From contig JAZKFH010000013.1 of the NCBI GenBank assembly GCA_040386535.1, forward strand, positions 64,001 through 128,000: a stretch of DNA of 64,000 nt. Direction: 5' to 3'. How positions within the stretch are numbered: position 1 is the stretch's first letter; every line of letters starts with the position of its first letter. The position numbers were made by a program, and so were the translations under genes. A model generated the notes under the pieces. The model made no database searches. It saw only the letters and a list, made by a program, of their open reading frames with translations, and was not told where the DNA came from. Origin of the DNA: Myxococcota bacterium (lineage in GTDB: Bacteria; Myxococcota_A; UBA796; SXON01). Below, piece after piece: positions 62,517 to 64,000 of this stretch.

Positions 62517-63917
62517 ATGAACCTCGGCCGCCTCTGGCTGCCCGCCGTGGTGCTGGGCGCGCAGCTGGTGCTGCTCGCGTTGTTCGTGGTGGACTGGCGG
62601 CTCCCGGTCGTCGTGACCGCGTCGTTCCTCGTCGGGGCCGTTCTGCTCGACCGGCCTGTGTGGGCCGTGGGGGGCATGCTCGCCGCGCGGCTGCTCTCCA
62701 CGGGCACCACGTCGTTCTTCACGATCGGCAAGATCAGCATCGGCCTGTTCGAGCCGGTCCTGCTCGTCGCCCTCATCGCCCTCGGGCTGCGCGCGGTCTT
62801 CTCGGGCATGAAGCTCTGGCGGCCGTGGCCCTGGCAACCCGTGTTCCTCGCGATCATGGGCTGGAGCGTGGTCGGGCTGGCCTGGTGCACCAAGATGTCC
62901 GATGGCGCCAAGGAGATCGTGACGCTCGGCGTCATCCTGGCGACCGCGTCCGTCATCCTCGCGTTCCTCCGCACCTGGGACGACGTGAAGATGGCGGTCT
63001 GGGCGTGGATCGGCGCCTGTGTCGCCATCGGCGTGCTCGCCATCTTCGGCGACGCGTTCGGGCTCACCGACTACGGCAGCCAGTGGCAGGCCTCCTCCTC
63101 GGGCGGCCGCGAGACTGGCCTCGGCCAGCAGCCCAACTGGTTCGCGATGAACCTGATGTTCGTCGTGCACACCTGCGCCGCCTTCGCCCTCGTGCAGAAG
63201 CGCCCCGTGCTGCGTTGGGGCCTGCTCCTCGCCACCCTCTTCATCTTCTTCTCGATGATGACCAGCGGCTCGCGCGGCGGGGCCTATTCCATCGTGATCG
63301 GAGGAATGCTGGTCGCGCTGGGGCAGCCCCTGTTCCGCAAGTGGTTCCTACGCTTCGCGGTGGCGGGGACCCTCTTCTTCGGCCTCGCCGCCGCCGGCGA
63401 TCTCGGGGACATCGGAAAGGGGCTGAACCGCATCTCCAGCAACGTGGACGTCTTGTTCACCCGCGACATCCGCGGCCTGAATTGGGCCGCGTGTATCGGC
63501 ATGTTCCGGGACACCAACATGCTCGGGATCGGGCCCGGCGGGTACATCGACAACCTGCAGAAGTACAGCGACTGGTTGTACCACTCGGTGTACCGCTACC
63601 CGCACGGCATCATCTGGGGGCAGATCGCGCACGGCGGCATCGTCGGGGTGGGCCTCCTCGTGGCGCTGGTCGTCGTGATCGCGCGCATGGCCGCCCAGAC
63701 GATCCGCGACACGAAGGGGACCGAGGCCGAGGTGCTCGCCTGGGCGATGCCCGCGAGCATGGCCGGCTACTTCGCCTGGAGCTTCGTCGAGTTCAGCCTG
63801 GACGAGAAGCCCTTCTGGGAGTGGCTCGCCGTCTACACCGCGCTCCACCTCGTGGCGAAGCGGGCCCGCGAGCCCGGCGCCACGCCCATCCCCGCCTGGA
63901 CACTCACCCTCAAATGA
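62517..63917 (+). CDS. O-antigen ligase family membrane protein
   Basis: About 12 TM helices; R..G...QPN.FA, SGSRGG, LGIGPG and PH......A.GGIVG motifs. Confidence 0.85.
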   Translation: MNLGRLWLPAVVLGAQLVLLALFVVDWRLPVVVTASFLVGAVLLDRPVWAVGGMLAARLLSTGTTSFFTIGKISIGLFEPVLLVALIALGLRAVFSGMKLWRPWPWQPVFLAIMGWSVVGLAWCTKMSDGAKEIVTLGVILATASVILAFLRTWDDVKMAVWAWIGACVAIGVLAIFGDAFGLTDYGSQWQASSSGGRETGLGQQPNWFAMNLMFVVHTCAAFALVQKRPVLRWGLLLATLFIFFSMMTSGSRGGAYSIVIGGMLVALGQPLFRKWFLRFAVAGTLFFGLAAAGDLGDIGKGLNRISSNVDVLFTRDIRGLNWAACIGMFRDTNMLGIGPGGYIDNLQKYSDWLYHSVYRYPHGIIWGQIAHGGIVGVGLLVALVVVIARMAAQTIRDTKGTEAEVLAWAMPASMAGYFAWSFVEFSLDEKPFWEWLAVYTALHLVAKRAREPGATPIPAWTLTLK

Positions 63918-64000
63918 CCGACGCCTTCCTCCCGGTGGACGCCGTCCTCTGGTCCGTCGCGGCTGGCCTGCTCGCGCTGGCCCTCTGGTTGAACCGCGGC
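63914..64000 (+). CDS. Partial membrane protein, truncated by the window end
   Basis: ATGA overlap; MTDAFLPVDAVLWSVAAGLLALALWLNRG... Confidence 0.5.
   Translation, partial: MTDAFLPVDAVLWSVAAGLLALALWLNRG

Noticed and set aside
1..64000. Long antisense and alternate-frame ORFs (e.g. 24447-27512-, 28435-32130-, 44946-48434+, 47026-50703-, 56440-59895+)
   Set aside because: They shadow recognisable genes, are Arg/Gly/Pro-rich and lack motifs; expected from stop-codon scarcity at this GC.

Overview
Very GC-rich (roughly 72-74% by eye), gene-dense bacterial chromosomal window. It is most consistent with a Myxococcota-like organism: four MYXO-CTERM-type C-termini, DCDD..DNDCDG (MopE-like) repeat proteins, a Uma2 nuclease and an OmpA with TSP3 repeats. 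About 53 real CDSs can be supported; most other entries in the ORF track are GC-rich shadow frames. The main theme is the cell envelope: a scattered Wzy-dependent capsule/exopolysaccharide system (initiating phosphoglycosyltransferase, wza, wzc, wzi, MurJ-like flippase, two O-antigen ligase/polymerase-family proteins, two GT4s, WecB/TagA, UDP-sugar epimerase, GT-C transferase). Mixed in are likely polymer-decorating enzymes: three membrane-anchored alkaline-phosphatase-superfamily proteins (one apparently catalytically dead), an LpxL-like acyltransferase, a B12-binding radical SAM enzyme and a DUF362/2x[4Fe-4S] protein. Other genes include PBP1A, an M23 peptidase, cardiolipin synthase, Tex, an ABC exporter, orphan TadG/TadE, TetR with a perfect 20-bp operator, and a tetraheme cytochrome c lipoprotein. 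Best leads beyond standard annotation: a BPI/LBP-like protein with a MYXO-CTERM anchor; a wzi-coupled pseudo-sulfatase; a repeated TAnnnT-N5-8-start signature suggesting widespread leaderless expression, often with ultra-short signal peptides; two tiny unannotated genes (a 37-aa pre-lipopeptide and a 48-aa protein); a palindromic element apparently read in frame at the start of a gene; and an aldolase with a microcompartment encapsulation-peptide-like tail. No tRNA, rRNA, CRISPR array or transposase was seen. All family calls come from motif recognition by eye; no searches were run.
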